Shown here piece by piece: positions 24,307 to 38,100 of a stretch of DNA of 64,000 nucleotides. The stretch lies in contig NIVC01002889.1 of assembly GCA_002269645.1 (NCBI GenBank), positions 62,001-126,000 on the forward strand. The letters are read 5' to 3'. The translations under genes were made by a program, and so were the position numbers. Under the pieces are notes generated by a model. It was given only the letters and a program-made list of their open reading frames with translations, ran no database searches and was not told the DNA's origin. Positions within the stretch are counted from its first letter, which is position 1; each line of letters opens with the position of its first letter. The DNA comes from Macrostomum lignano. Taxonomy: Eukaryota.

Positions 24307-27004
24307 CTAACCGGACCTGAAGGCGTCCCGGCCACGGGTCCGGATGAGCCGCTCCAAGTCGTTGTTATCAAAGAAGGGCAACCGGCGCAGCTCCGCAAAC
24401 TTTCTGCTGGCCATTTTCACACAGCGGCCCCACGCGTCTCTGGCCGCGCACACGGGCCGCTCGACCAGCTGGAAGCAGGGCATTCGGACCAGGCGGAAGA
24501 ACCAGTCGAGCACCGACTGACCTTCCGTGTCCTTTGATTGCTTCAGGCAGTAATAGAAACTGTAGTGTGGTTTTTGGGGGATCGGTGAGAGTTGAAAATT
24601 ATTAAAATTAGATTGTTAGAAGCTAGTTGAGACTAGAAAATGAGACGTCACTTAATGTTTAGAATAGAAATTATTAGATGAGACTAGATAATAGATTATC
24701 AAATGAGACTGGATAATGGATTATAAAATGAGATTAGATAATGGATTATCAGATGAGACTAGATAATGGATTATCAAATGAGATTAGATAATGGATTATC
24801 AGATGAGACTAGATAATGGATTATGAAATGAGACTAGATATTGGATTATGAAATGAGACTAGATAATGGATTATGAAATGAGACTAGATAATAGATTATG
24901 AAATGAGACTAGATATTGGATTATCAGATGAGACTAGATAATGGATTATGAAATGAGACTAGATATTGGATTATGAAATGAGACTAGATATTGGATTATG
25001 AAATGAGACTAGATAATGGATTATGAAATGAGACTAGATATTGGATTATGAAATGAGACTAGATATTGGATTATGAAATGAGACTGGGTAATGGATTATC
25101 AGATGAGACTAGATAATGGGTTAGGGTTATCAGATGAGACTAGATAATGGATTATCAAATGAGATTAGATATTGGATTATCAGATGAGACTGGATAATGG
25201 ATTATCAGATGAGACTGGATAATGGATTATCAGATGAGACTAGATAATGGATTATCAGATGAGACTAGATAATGGATTATGAAAAGAGACTCGATATTGG
25301 ATTATGAAATGAGACTAGATATTGGATTATCAGATGAGACTAGATAATGGATTATGAAATGAGACTCGATAATGGATTATCAATTGAGACTACATATTGA
25401 ATTATCAGACGAGATTAGATATTAGATTATCAGATGAGATTAGATATTAGATTATCAGATGAGATTAGATGTTGAATTATAGGATGAGATTAGATATTGG
25501 ATTATAGGATGAGATTAGATAACGGATTATCAGATGAGATTAGATAACGGATTATCAGATGAGATTAGACAGTGGTGCATCGGATGAGAATAGAGTAACA
25601 GAAGAGCATCAGAGAATTAGAGACCATACTAAAAGTGCAGGTCAAGGATCTAGGCTCGTATTTAAAATGTATAAGAAGGCATCAGCACAAATACAGTCAG
25701 GAATCACCTGACGTCGCACTCGCAGTGAGAAATGGTGAAGTGGAACAGACTCGTGTAGCCATATCGAGTCTGCAGAGGGTCGATCACTGTGGTGCAATGG
25801 TCGTGATCTCTGCAGCATTTGTCAGTTTCGAACGCGCTGCCGAGGTCCGAATAATTGCTCACTCGGGCGCCTGGAATGGCGCCATCGAGTAACGAGGTCG
25901 TTCATTTGTTGGTTTTAATAAATCTAGTAGATTAATTACAATACAGTATAAACCTACTATAACTTATAGTAGATAGATCATTCCAATTTGAATTATAAGT
26001 AGTATAAGTAGTCTGTTAGCATAAAATCTCACTGCAAGTATTGTTACATAGTATACTTCACTGCAAGCTACATGCTACATGGAGTCAAGTTTGTATGTAT
26101 GCTATTTATGCTATGTAACAATAGGTTTCACTGACACCCCTGGTGCTGGCGCCCCTGGTGCTGGCGCCCCTGGTGCTGGCGCCCCTGGTGCTGGCGCCCC
26201 TGGTGCTGGCGCCCCTGGTGCTGGCGCCCCTGGTGCTGGCGCCCCTGGTGCTGGCGCCCCTGGTGCTGGCGCCCCTGGTGCTGGCGCCCCTGGTGCTGGC
26301 GCCCCTGGTGCTGGCGCCCCTGGTGCTGGCGCCCCTGGTGCTGGCGCCCCTGGTGCTGGCGCCCCTGGTGCTGGCGCCCCTGGTGCTGGCGCCCCTGGTG
26401 CTGGCGCCCCTGGTGCTGGCGCCCCTGGTGCTGGCGCCCCTGGTGCTGGCGCCCCTGGTGCTGGCGCCCCTGGTGCTGGCGCCCCTGGTGCTGGCGCCCC
26501 TGGTGCTGGCGCCCCTGGTGCTGGCGCCCCTGGTGCTGGCGCCCCTGGTGCTGGCGCCCCTGGTGCTGGCGCCCCTGGTGCTGGCGCCCCTGGTGCTGGC
26601 GCCCCTGGTGCTGGCGCCCCTGGTGCTGGCGCCCCTGGTGCTGGCGCCCCTGGTGCTGGCGCCCCTGGTGCTGGCGCCCCTGGTGCTGGCGCCCCTGGTG
26701 CTGGCGCCCCTGGTGCTGGCGCCCCTGGTGCTGGCGCCCCTGGTGCTGGCGCCCCTGGTGCTGGCGCCCCTGGTGCTGGCGCCCCTGGTGCTGGCGCCCC
26801 TGGTGCTAAAGCCCTTAGTGCTAAAGCCCCTGGTGCTGGCCCTCCCAAGTCTCCCAAGTCAAGTTCAGTGTATCAAACTTTTCCCTGTATAATATATATT
26901 ATTACATTTTATTTAGCACTTACCTGTGCCGCACCACTTAGTTTTGGGGTGAATAAATGTCGGATTAGTGTTGTAATCAACGCCCGGCACGAGAGCCGGC
27001 AGGC
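24307..27004 (-). CDS. PLA2G3: Group III (bee-venom-type) secreted phospholipase A2; exons 27004-26924, 25870-25708, 24559-24307; first (signal peptide) exon not identified
   Basis: Phase-consistent joins give FIHPKTKWCGTG|ARVSNYSDLGSAFETDKCCRDHDHC...TISHCECDVS|FYYCLKQ...WFFRLVRMPCF...C...WGRC. This contains the Ca loop WCGxG, catalytic HD and SHCxCD. Confidence 0.9.
24672..25572. repeat. Intronic 25-bp minisatellite (atgagactagataatggattatcag)
   Basis: Tandem copies inside the last PLA2 intron. Confidence 0.95.
26136..26842. repeat. Intronic 15-bp GC-rich minisatellite (cccctggtgctggcg), ~45 perfect units
   Basis: Perfect tandem array within the PLA2 intron 26923-25871. Confidence 0.98.
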
Positions 27005-27597
27005 CTAAGACGAGAATTAGAGAAAAAGTTGGCATTGCCATATTTAGCGATTGTAAATATACTGTAGAGCTTAGCTAATTTTGTTCGTAATTCAGCTTGT
27101 ATATAATGGCTAGATGAAGTATCGATTTTCACTGCTGCACATGTAGCAGGGTGTAGCAGTTCGTTCCGTCTATGACTGAGGAGCGGGGAGGGGTTCACAG
27201 TTGGACCATAGACAACTGCAACACAGCCGGAGAAGTTTGCTTTGGGCTTGCCGAGAATGATTATATTTGTCTATTTTTAGATTGCTTGCTACAGTAGCAT
27301 AAATATGATAGACCTGCTGTTTGATGTCTATTATAAATCTACCTACTAGTTGAGACAGACTACTAACTATTAAAATAGTTTGAACGATTATTATTCAAGC
27401 AAGCGTGAACTAAGAGTATAGGAGTTTCAGCAATATCTGGGTTTTAGTTAAGAAAAACAAACGGAAAAAATCCAACGGTCAGAGGGTGATTTAAGACTGC
27501 TTATCCAGTGGTCAGCAATGTCTGTGAAACCCAGAAGCATTTAAAACCTTGCATTAGAAATCCAGCCTGCTCAAGGTTTCTATCTCTTATCAGTACT

Positions 27598-28622
27598 CTT
27601 CTCTCGAATCTTCTCTTTTTCTCCTCTCTCTTCTCTCCTCTCTTTTCCTCTGTCTTTTCTCTCTTATCTTCTCCTCTGTCCTCTTCTCTCTTCTCCTCTG
27701 TCCTCTTCTCTCTTCTCTTCTCTGTCCTCTTCTCTTCTCCTCTGTCCTCTTCTCTCTTCTCTTCTCCTCTGTCCTCTTCTCTTCTCCTCTGTCCTCTTCT
27801 CTCTTCTCTTCTCCTCTGTCCTCTTCTCTTCTCCTCTGTCCCCTTCTCTTCTCTCTTCTCCTCTGTCCTCTTCTCTTCTCCTCTGTCCCCTTCTCTTCTC
27901 TCTTCTCCTCTGTCCTCTTCTCTTCTCCTCTGTCCCCTTCCCTTCTCTCTTCTCCTCTGTCCTCTTCTCTTCTCCTCTGTCCCCTTCTCTTCTCTCTTCT
28001 CCTCTGTCCTCTTCTCTTCTCCTCTGTCCCCTTCTCTTCTCTCTTCTCCTCTGTCCCCTTCTCTTCTCTCTTCTCCTCTGTCCCCTTCTCTTCTCTCTTA
28101 TCCTCTGTCCTCTTCTCTTCTCTCTTCTCCTCTGTCCTCTTCTCTTCTCCTCTGTCCTCTTCTCTTCTCCTCTGTCCCCTTCTCTTCTCTCTTCTCCTCT
28201 GTCCTCTTCTCTTCTCCTCTGTCCCCTTCTCTTCTCTCTTCTCCTCTGTCCTCTTCTCTTCTCCTCTGTCCCCTTCTCTTCTCTCTTCTCCTCTGTCCTC
28301 TTCTCTTCTCCTCTGTCCCCTTCTCTTCTCTCTTCTCCTCTGTCCCCTTCTCTTCTCTCTTCTCCTCTGTCCCCTTCTCTTCTCTCTTCTCCTCTGTCCC
28401 CTTCTCTTCTCTCTTATCCTCTGTCCTCTTCTCTTCTCTCTTCTCCTTTTTCCTCTTCTCTCCTCTCTTCTCCTCTGTCTCTTCTTTCCTCTCTTCTCTG
28501 TTCTGTTCTGTTCTCTCCTCTCTTCTCCTCTGTCTCTTCTTTCCTCTCTTCTCTGTTCTGTTCTCTTCTCTCTACTCTCCTTTCCTCTCTTCTCCCCTCT
28601 ACTCGTACTCTTCTCTCTCCTC
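27598..28622. repeat. ~1-kb polypyrimidine/polypurine low-complexity array (tcttctcttctcctctgtcc variants)
   Basis: Almost exclusively C/T on the plus strand. Confidence 0.95.
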
Positions 28623-28803
28623 TGGCCCGCTAGATTCTGTCCGGCCCTTAAAGTAAAAAGCTTTGCCGACCCCTGGTTTAAACTATCAAGAGGCTGTACT
28701 GTTGCGATAAAACAGAATATAATTGTAGTCTTAGGACAGGAATTTGCAGTAGAGATCATATCCGTTCCGTTCCGTTCAAATTGCAGGCTCAGTGGACTTT
28801 GGT

Positions 28804-29676
28804 TCAGTTGTACATCCGGTACCTCTTGTACTCCGCAACAGCCGGTTTGTACTTCATCCACAGGCCGCTCGTGGCCAGGTCCCGGTCCACCTGGAAGTCG
28901 CGAAATTCCACGTGACGGCAGGTGGCAGTGGACTCCATGTACAGGGCGCTGGTGCACACGGAGTTGCTGGCGGCCTCGACTAGGCAGTCAACTAGACTCA
29001 ATTTGCCGGGTACAACGCTCGAGCAGTACTCATTCGGCTGGCGATAGCCGTGGGCGGCAAATTTGGCTCGCTGCCAGAAGTTGACGCCAACTGCGCGGCT
29101 GGCAGCTACGGTGGACAGCGGCAGGCACAGCAGGGAGTGCAGCTCAGAGCAGTTGGCGAACTCCAGGCCGTCGCTGCTCGGGCGGTAGAGCACGCAGTCT
29201 ACTGGATCTGAGCTACTGTTGGCCGCCTTCTCGTCAATGTAGGTATTGGCAGCGGTTGTCGAATAGCTGCTGTTAGTCCGTAGAGCGTACTGCTTAGCGA
29301 ACCTGTTTCTTAGTGCAGACTCAGCAGCGATGGCTCGCGCAGTCAGTCCAGTCCAGAATGCTACATCACCGGTCAGGTTCAGCTTCATCAGGCTGACGGC
29401 CGCGTCAGAGCTCAGCGAGCTGACGGCCAGTCTGCCACCAGCTGATCGACAGGCCCGTGCGGCGCTGCACCAGGTGTGCAACGGACTGACGGTTGCCATG
29501 GCGCAGGTGGAATTGTCCAACTGGAAAGGAAACCCGGCGTTGGATGAGCAGTTGACGTCTTTGAGCTCAGCTGGGGTAGTCTCAAAGTCCATGGAGGGAA
29601 ACCTCTGGCCGAACGCACCGTCAAAGAGGCAGCAGACAGGGAGTACCGCGAATAGAAGCAGCAGCAGTGACCGCAT
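28804..29676 (-). CDS. Secreted protein: signal peptide + C-type lectin-like domain + PAN/apple-like Cys domain, 290 aa
   Basis: MRSLLLLLFAVLPVCC signal; TWCSAARACRSAGGRLA...FWTGL...DCVLY...ANCSELHSLLC CTLD pattern; C-terminal SLVDCLVEAASNSVCTSALY.ESTATC. A small alternative last exon near 28707 is possible. Confidence 0.7.
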   Translation of the reverse strand: MRSLLLLLFAVLPVCCLFDGAFGQRFPSMDFETTPAELKDVNCSSNAGFPFQLDNSTCAMATVSPLHTWCSAARACRSAGGRLAVSSLSSDAAVSLMKLNLTGDVAFWTGLTARAIAAESALRNRFAKQYALRTNSSYSTTAANTYIDEKAANSSSDPVDCVLYRPSSDGLEFANCSELHSLLCLPLSTVAASRAVGVNFWQRAKFAAHGYRQPNEYCSSVVPGKLSLVDCLVEAASNSVCTSALYMESTATCRHVEFRDFQVDRDLATSGLWMKYKPAVAEYKRYRMYN

Positions 29677-30297
29677 GCTTGGCTGCTCAGCCGCGAGTGC
29701 AGCTAAAGATTAAGTTAAAGCAGTTTCTATGGATGGTTGGACAGACGGGGATAAATATAGCTAACGGATTCAGTCGACTGGGTGGCTGGGGCTGTTGACT
29801 TCCAGTTGTCATGCCTGACTAATCATCTAAGTAAGCCTACCTGCTGTAACCATGGATACGATGCCGCCACTGATGCGCCGACGCTGTAAATAAACTGTTA
29901 GCTCGCTTCTATCTCCCCCATCTTAGCTTGAAATTGTCCCTTGGTCAGGATGCTGCTCCGGATATGTTTGTGTTGGGTAATGAGACAGCCCTGGCATCAG
30001 GTGATCTGCTTGAGAGAAACAGCATTGGGACTGACTGGATTGGAAAGGCTTGCTGCAAGGCTTCCTTAGCAACAGTTGCTAGCTGCAACAAAAACAGCTA
30101 AAGCAAGCCCGCCCAGTTTTGTTCCACGCTCATCCGTTGGGGTTTTGCTTCCGAAAGGAATTCTAGAAAAAGAAAATTCCAACTAAACGTACACAAGTAT
30201 GCGGGTTAGGATAACTTTTACGCTATTACTACTTGTAAGTAGCATGAAATTTTTTCAGGCTTCTTGTACCAGAGAAATGAGTCAAGAAGTGTCTTGA

Positions 30298-30661
<364 letters not shown>

Positions 30662-32108
30662 CTCCCTAGTGACTGTCTGCCTGTATTTGAAAGTCCTGCC
30701 ACTTTTCCAATGATTATTTTACAAGAACTAACACTTGCTTGGACAAAAAAGCTCACATGAACTTTTCGTCTCCATGCCAATTCAGAGGTGGCAGCGCATT
30801 GAGCTTGATCTCATTAAATCCATTTGGCTCGATCGCCCTAGTCTAGGCTTCCCACCCTGCCAACCTTCAATTCGTTTTAATCTCGGATTTCAGCGGCAGA
30901 GGGAAGCGCACATTTTAATCTCTTTTTATATAAAAAATATTCTAACAGTTTGGCAGATTTTTCCTGCCGAAATCTATTTTTTTTTCAGGCAAATACGCTG
31001 CAGAAACGGACAGAGTTCAGAATGCATTCGGTGAAGGTAGGAGCCGGTTAAAATCAATGTCCCATATTGGTTAGCTGACTGTGTGCAGCAGGAGAGAAGG
31101 AGCCGCGGTACGGTAAGGCATGGGAGCGACAGTCAGCTGCGGCCATGGAGTACGGAACTTGAAATCTGGCTGGAGGGATTGCCTGGTTGCCACGCGGAAC
31201 TGCGTGCTGCGCTACCCCCTGAGGAAGAGGCACAACTCTTTCCTTCCGCTCTCCCTCCCTCCCTCTCCCTCTCTTTCCCGTTTTTAACGGCCAGCAAATT
31301 GGGAAGCGACAGTTCAGTGATAGGGCCAGCCAGCTAGAGGTAAAAAATGTTAAATCAACTGCGCAAGAATCATATGGTTCCGTATTTCGCTGTGGCAAAC
31401 CTCTCGACTCGCCTGTCCGCCTCCTTGACTTCGGGCAGCTGCACTGATCTGGCCTGAGGCAGACTGGGCGCCGCTCTCCCTCAACTCCCTCGATTCCTCC
31501 CACCCACCCCTTCTGCAACACACACACACGCACGCACACACACTAGCTAAGCCGAATCCCAAAAGTCACAGATCCCACCCACTTTTCCGCGGACACTTTG
31601 CCTACTTACACACGTTTCTATCCTCGGGGACTTCGGCTCCTCTCTCGCATTCAGCGCCACATAGCAGCAGTTTCATCCCATCGCTTCCCCAGCAGGACTT
31701 GCTTAGGAAAATTTGAAGCTGCTGCTGGACGGACGTCCAATGCTCTTCGAGCGATGCGGAGCGCTCCTTCAGTAGGGCAGCCTCGCTTGTTCTAGAATAG
31801 TAGAGTAGCCAGAAAAAGGCCAACCGGCTTCGATGACGAACGCGTCGGCAGTCGTTTTTGGGTGCGCCATCATCAGCTCTCTGCTCCTGCTGCTCCGACC
31901 AGCTTCCGGTGAAATTCGTAAGTCTGGGACCCCCCCCGCAAACAAAACCAGCACCTTTCTGAGCCTTCCCGACGTAACAAAAGTCGTCAAGCACTTGAGA
32001 GGCTGAATCGGGGACCTTTGAAAGAATGAAAGACTTTTGATACGGTGAGGGACTTTTGGTACGGACCTTCGACAGCTACAGTGAAGAACATTCGGGGACT
32101 TTGTTGCG

Positions 32109-35100
32109 ATGCAAAAAATGGGAACTTTACTTCTAGAAATTTTCGTTAGGGCTCTTTGTCTGTGCTGTTCGAGGTGAATGTGCATTTTTAATATCCCATA
32201 CGTTTCTACGCAACCCAGCCACCATCGGCGATGACGAAGTGAAGCTGGTGAACCTGCTGTTCGAGCACAAAGGCTACAACAGGCTGATCAGGCCAGTGGC
32301 CGATTTGAACCAAACTGTGCAGGTGGACTTTGGACTGGCGATGGTGCAGCTCATCAATGTGGTTCGTGTGGGCCTGTGTTTATGCAGCTTTCATGCAGCT
32401 TTTTGTAGCTCGTGCGTGTAGGAAATGGTTGACTATTTGATGTAGGTCTGACGTGGCTTTGACGATCATTTCATGTAGGGTTGATTCAGGTAGAGTTGAT
32501 GCAGGTAGGGTTGATGCAGGTAGGGTTGATGCAGGTAGGGCTGATGCAGGTAGGGTTGATGCAGGTAGGGTTGATGCAGGTAGGGTTGATGCAGGTAGGG
32601 CTGATGCAGGTAGGATTGATGCAGGTAGGGCTGATGCAGGTAGGATTGATGCAGGTAGGGTTGATGCAGGTAGGGTTGATGCAGGTAGGGTTGATGCAGG
32701 TAGGGTTGATGCAGGTAGGGCTGATGCAGGTAGGATTGATGCAGGTAGGGCTGATGCAGGTAGGATTGATGCAGGTAGGGTTGGTGCAGGTAGGATTGAT
32801 GCAGGTAGGGCTGATGCAGGTAGGGTTGATGCAGGTAGGGTTGATGCAGGTAGGGTTGATGCAGGTAGGGTTGATGCAGGTAGGGTTGATGCAGGTAGGA
32901 TTGATGCAGGTAGGGTTGATGCAGGTAGGGTTGATGCAGGTAGGATTGATGCAGGTAGGGTTGGTGCAGGTAGGGTTAATGCAGGTAGGGTTGATGAAGA
33001 AAAGATTGGAGTAGGTTTTTGTTTTGAAGTAGGTCTGATGTGAAATGGATTCAAATTAGATGCTTTTTAAATGAAGGAATGATTGGGTTTTGGTGCTCGA
33101 GCCTAGGTCTAATTTAAGTTAGCAAATTTCGATTTCTTCTTGTTGCCTCGCCATAACTCTTGCTACAGTCGCGCGTTACACTTTTACAATTGCAGGAAGA
33201 GAAGGCCCAGATTCTGAAGAGTAACGTCTGGCTTAGAATGGTAAGGCATTGGGGGGGGGGCTGTAGCCCAGTGGTCCAGCGCGGCGCTCTGAAGTGCCAG
33301 CGGCCCAGGCTCGATTCCAGGCTCGGCAGTCGCATTATTTGGGGCTGAATTGGAATCTCGGCTTGGCTCTGCTTGTGCAGTTAACTGTAATGCAGGCCAA
33401 CCCCCCAGGCACAGTGAAGTGTACATGCCTAACGATAAATAAAGCTAGGGCCGCTGTACACTCCTGTGTGAGTGTGTGCCTGTGCGTATGACTGCGTACG
33501 TATCCGCGCGCTTGTGTGCCTGCTCAGGGGAGTCGGCGGAATGGGCAGCAATGCCTCTCTCCGGTTGTGTGACAATTTCGCTTAAAGTGCACACAGCCCC
33601 TGCCCCTAACTAAACTAACTAATGGTAAGGCATTCAAGTCCATAACCAACTAACTTTCGATTTTGGTGAGAACATTTTTTGCTAAACTGACTGGCACGAG
33701 CCATCCTTAAAGTCGATTTGTAAAAACTTAAAGCATTCCCAGTATTTATAATTCAATTTTGACTCTCTCAGATGTGGAACGACTATCAGCTGCGCTGGGA
33801 TCCGGCAGACTTTGGCGGAATTCAAGTGATCAGACTCAACCCGGACAAGATATGGAGGCCGGATATTGTTCTGTATAATAAGTAAGAGCTATACGAGTAT
33901 ATCGTATGAAGAGCCAATATTACTAACTCATTTACGAGCCTATCAGCGCTCTATAAGCTCTAATGAACCAAGCTAGCAGAAAATAGTAAAAATCCTAGAA
34001 AATATTTTTATAATCCACACTCAGTAATAGTCAAAACCGCTACCCTACCTGAGTGAGTGAGTTACGTCACTTGCCGGTTGAGGTGAGAAAGAAGTCGCCT
34101 CTCACGGTAGGGTGGCGGTTTTAACTGTTACTGAGTGTATTTGTTAGAAAATACGCTTTAGAGATTAGTAAACTGAGCTAGTCTGTTTCCCGGGGGGGGC
34201 GGCTGTGGGTGCTGCTGCAACTTCTACATGGTAACAAACGCAGTTACGTTCATTCCAATGAGTAAAAGTACAAGTACAAGTACAAGTACAAGTACAAGTA
34301 TAAGTATAAGTGTGCAAGTACAAGTACAAGTACAAGTACAAATACAAGAAAAAGTACAAGTACAAGTACAAGTACAAGTACAAGTACAAGTACAAGTACA
34401 AGTACAACGATATCACATGTCTTTTTTGGTCGCTTTTAGAAAATTGAAAATATAAACCTTTTACTACGATTTTTGAGGGGTTACCGAGTTTTACACGTTG
34501 AAAACAAAGTATTGTATTTGTTGAGACTGTGTCTTATGGGGGCTTATTGAATCGGTTCAACCCACGGGGGCCGTGGCACAGTGGTCACAAATTGGAATCT
34601 CGGCTTTCCTCTCCTGTGCGTATGAGTGAGTGTGTGCCTGTGCGTATGAGTGCGTACGTATCTGCGCGCTTGTGTGCCTGCTCAGGGGAGTCGGCGGAAT
34701 CGGCAGTAATGCCTCTCGCCGGTTGTGTGACAATGTCGCTTGAAGTTCGCCAGGGTGCACACAGCCCCTGTCTCTGATGAATGACATCATATTGATAAAC
34801 ACGTTCACCCCGCATGTGGCAGCGCCGACGGCCGCTACGAGGTCTCCTGGGAGCCGAACGCGCTGATATTCAGCACCGGCACGGTGCTGTGGATCCCGCC
34901 GGCCATCTACCAGAGCTCCTGCACCATCCACGTCAGGTACTTTCCCTTCGACCAACAGGAGTGCGAGATGAAGTTCGGCAGTTGGACTTTCGACGCAACG
35001 CAGGTAGAAAGAAACGTTTAGCTGTATTGAAAAATGAAAAAAGTATCAAGGGGAAAGAGATGAAACAGATTCTTCAGTTGCTAGGGCTGCCCAAGTGGCG

Positions 35101-38100
35101 GAGCGGTGTGAGTGATGACGCGCCCAGCAACAGGCGGGAAAGTGCAGGGACTTCCCTGTCCTGGCCAGCTGCTGCCCGGCTGATCGATGGCAATCGAAAA
35201 GCGGCTGCAGGGATCGATTAGTGACAGTCGGGGCAGGCTTGGGACACTGCAGAGCACAGCTCTCACGCGGCCGGCATGTTTGCTGAGGAATCGGAATGAG
35301 CAACCAAATTAGCGCGGAGTTGGGTATTCTTGCACTCTGCCGCTGGCCTCTGTGCGAGTCTTTTAATTGTGCCCAGCTGGAGATTTTAGACTCGTGGAGT
35401 GCCCCAAATTATGGGTTCTCTTCAAGCACCATAGTTTTGATGCGAAAGTGGCATTGAGTCTGAGCTTAAATCCTAAGCTTAAGGCTTGAATCCCGGGAGC
35501 TCACAGATAGAGAGCACATGGACAACTTAAGTAAGGTATCGAAGGGACGCATGATTGAGCGCGCATTTTGAAACTGCTCCACGTGACACAAGCGCGAATT
35601 TCAACTGCTTGACTCTGGAGCAAGAGCGCATCTGAATACAACTTGAGCTCGAGTGATTTATGGCGTAGATGTTTTATGGGTATCTTGATGATTTAGCCCC
35701 TCCCCTCAAGTGAGCGCAGTTCAAGTGTATACAGAATATTCTCGAGGCTACGGGTCTAACGTATGAGGCTAGATAGGAGGGTCGCTAGTCAGGCAGGTGA
35801 TGTACATCTTTTGAAGTCCTAAATGTGCGATGAGTACCTACAATTGTCTGCGCGCTTCTGCCCGTGCGCGCTTATGTCGAATATTGTAAAAAATACACAT
35901 GCGCGCTTATTCTGCCCTCCCGCATCTAACGCCCATCCATCCCATCCCTCAACAGGTAGTGCTCGGGCTGTACGAGAACTCTCGCGTTGTGGACCTGAAC
36001 GACTATTGGCGTTCCGGCTCCTGGGACATCATCGACTGTCCGGGCAACATTAGCATCATCGAGAAGGCCGGCCAGCCGCCGCAGACGATGATCATCTACA
36101 AGCTGTCCATCCGGCGGAAGACCCTCTTCTACACTGTCAACCTCATCATTCCCTGCGTACTCATCTCTTTCCTCAGCGTGTGCGTATTCTACCTGCCGGC
36201 CGACGCTGGCGAGAAGATGACCCTGTGCATCTCCATCCTGCTGGCCCTGGTCGTGTTCCTGCTGCTGGTCAGCAAGATGCTGCCGCCGACCTCAATCTCG
36301 ATCCCCTTGATATCCAAGTTCCTGCTGTTCACATTCATTATGAACATCTTCACCATCGTGTTCACCGTGATCATCATCAACTGGAACTTCCGTACGCCGA
36401 GGACGCACAAGATGCCTCGCTGGGTGCGCGGCTTATTTCTGAAATTTCTGCCCAGGCTGCTGCTGATGAAGCGGCCGGAGCACATCGACCAGGAGGAGCG
36501 GCGCGAGCTCAGCATGGACAAGCTGGGCGAAGGCGGCGGCGGCGACGGCGGCTGCCATCAAAGGCGACTCCGCGGCGGCATCAGCAGCGGTGCTGTCCGG
36601 GTCTGCGGCAATGGCGATGCAGCGAGAACTGCGAGCAGCGCCGGCGATGAGGAAGTCTCTGACCCCGAGGAGGCTGAAGACGAGCCGGATGGAGACAGCG
36701 AGGTAGAGACTGGTGAGACGCGGCGGCGAGGGCGACGGCGAGGTCTAGCCGGGCTGGAGGTGACGCCGGAGCTCCGCAGAGCCATCGCAGCCATCAACTT
36801 CATCTCTACGCACCTGCGCGTTGAGGACGAATACAAGAGGGTTCGTTTTTTTTCTACTGCTTCTTGTGTAGAAGAGGTCGAGGTTGAGTTGTGCTCAAAT
36901 GTCTGGATCAGCCTTTTACTATCAGCTCCATTTTTATTCGAAAGCAGAGCAGCTCAGCGGTAAACGCGTCCGACCCTCGAGCAACGACCCCTGGTTCGAA
37001 TCCGTGCGCGGTCACATTCATTTGGGGCAATTGTGCACGGAAATTGGCCGGGGGTTGTCGTGCGATTCACAGCCATGAGGGCCAATCCCCATAGAGTCGA
37101 TTAGAAAGCCAGGGCCGCTGTGCACCCTGTGTGAGCGCGTGTATGAGTGCGCGTCTGAGTACAGTATTGGGGCGCTTGCATGTGCTCAGGGGTCAGCGGA
37201 ATGGGCAGAACTGCCTCGGTGTGTGAGATGATGTTGCCGAAAGAACATCCGTTTGAAATCACTTTTTGAAAAATTATTTTTTATCTTTCGCATCTTGTCA
37301 GTTGTCAATTTTATTAACAGAATTGCTTCATTTTCAAACATTTTTTCATCAGTTTCCGTCATTTTCATAAATATGCTTATCATTTACCATCTTTCATAAT
37401 CTGATAATCACTAGCTACTGTATCTTTTACTTGCCTTATGGCTTTATTTGATCAATAATTACTAACTAGTAATCATATGTCTTTTTTCATTTTTTATTTA
37501 CCATCGATTGTTCATTCCTTATTATTTACGATTTATGATTTGCGATATGTGCATTATGATTTGTGATTTATGAGTTATGATTTATGGTGTATGCTTTGTG
37601 CTTTTTGATTTGTGATTTTTGGGTTATTATTTGTGATTTGTGATTTGTTATTTGGATTTATGATTTAGATTCATGAGTTATGATTTGTGATTTATGAGTT
37701 ATGATTTATGATCTATGCTTTGTGCTTTTTGATTTGTGATTTGTGATTTGTGGGTTATGCTTTGTGCTTTTTGATTTGTGATTTGTGATTTGTGGGTTAT
37801 GATTTGTGATTTATGAGTTATGATTTATAATCGATGCTTTGTGCTTTTTGATTTTTGATTTGTGATTTGTGGGTTATGCTTTGTGCTTTTTGATTTTTGA
37901 TTTGTGATTTGTGGGTTATGCTTTGTGCTTTTTGATTAGTGGTCTGTGATTTGGATTAATGATTTAGATTCATAATTTATGATTTGTGATTTGGATTTAT
38001 GATTTTTGATTCACTATTTATTATGCATGCTTTATAATTAAAAATGTTATGATTAATGATTTATTATTCAATCCGCGCTCCGAAACTGCCAGGTGCTGCA

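Noticed and set aside
26079-27008. Long GAPGA / PAPGA / LVLAP ORFs suggesting an elastin-, silk- or collagen-like protein
   Set aside because: Perfect 15-bp DNA repeat with no synonymous variation, open in several frames, inside a PLA2 intron.
27005-28830. Possible lectin-PLA2 fusion gene
   Set aside because: Donor candidates at the lectin 3' end are phase 2 and the nearest acceptor leads to a stop, while the PLA2 exon needs phase 1.
27508-28957. 382-aa and 455-aa low-complexity ORFs (S/L/F-rich, R/E/K-rich)
   Set aside because: Translations of the polypyrimidine tract.
33257-33330. Possible tRNA-Gln(CTG) gene; also a tRNA-Val-like sequence at 21040-21106
   Set aside because: Acceptor and anticodon stems do not form properly, and each is followed by a repeat body, so these are SINE heads.
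34765-34800. CTGATGA after a SINE copy, as a possible hammerhead ribozyme core (as in schistosome SINEs)
   Set aside because: No correctly placed GAAA or flanking stems I-III.
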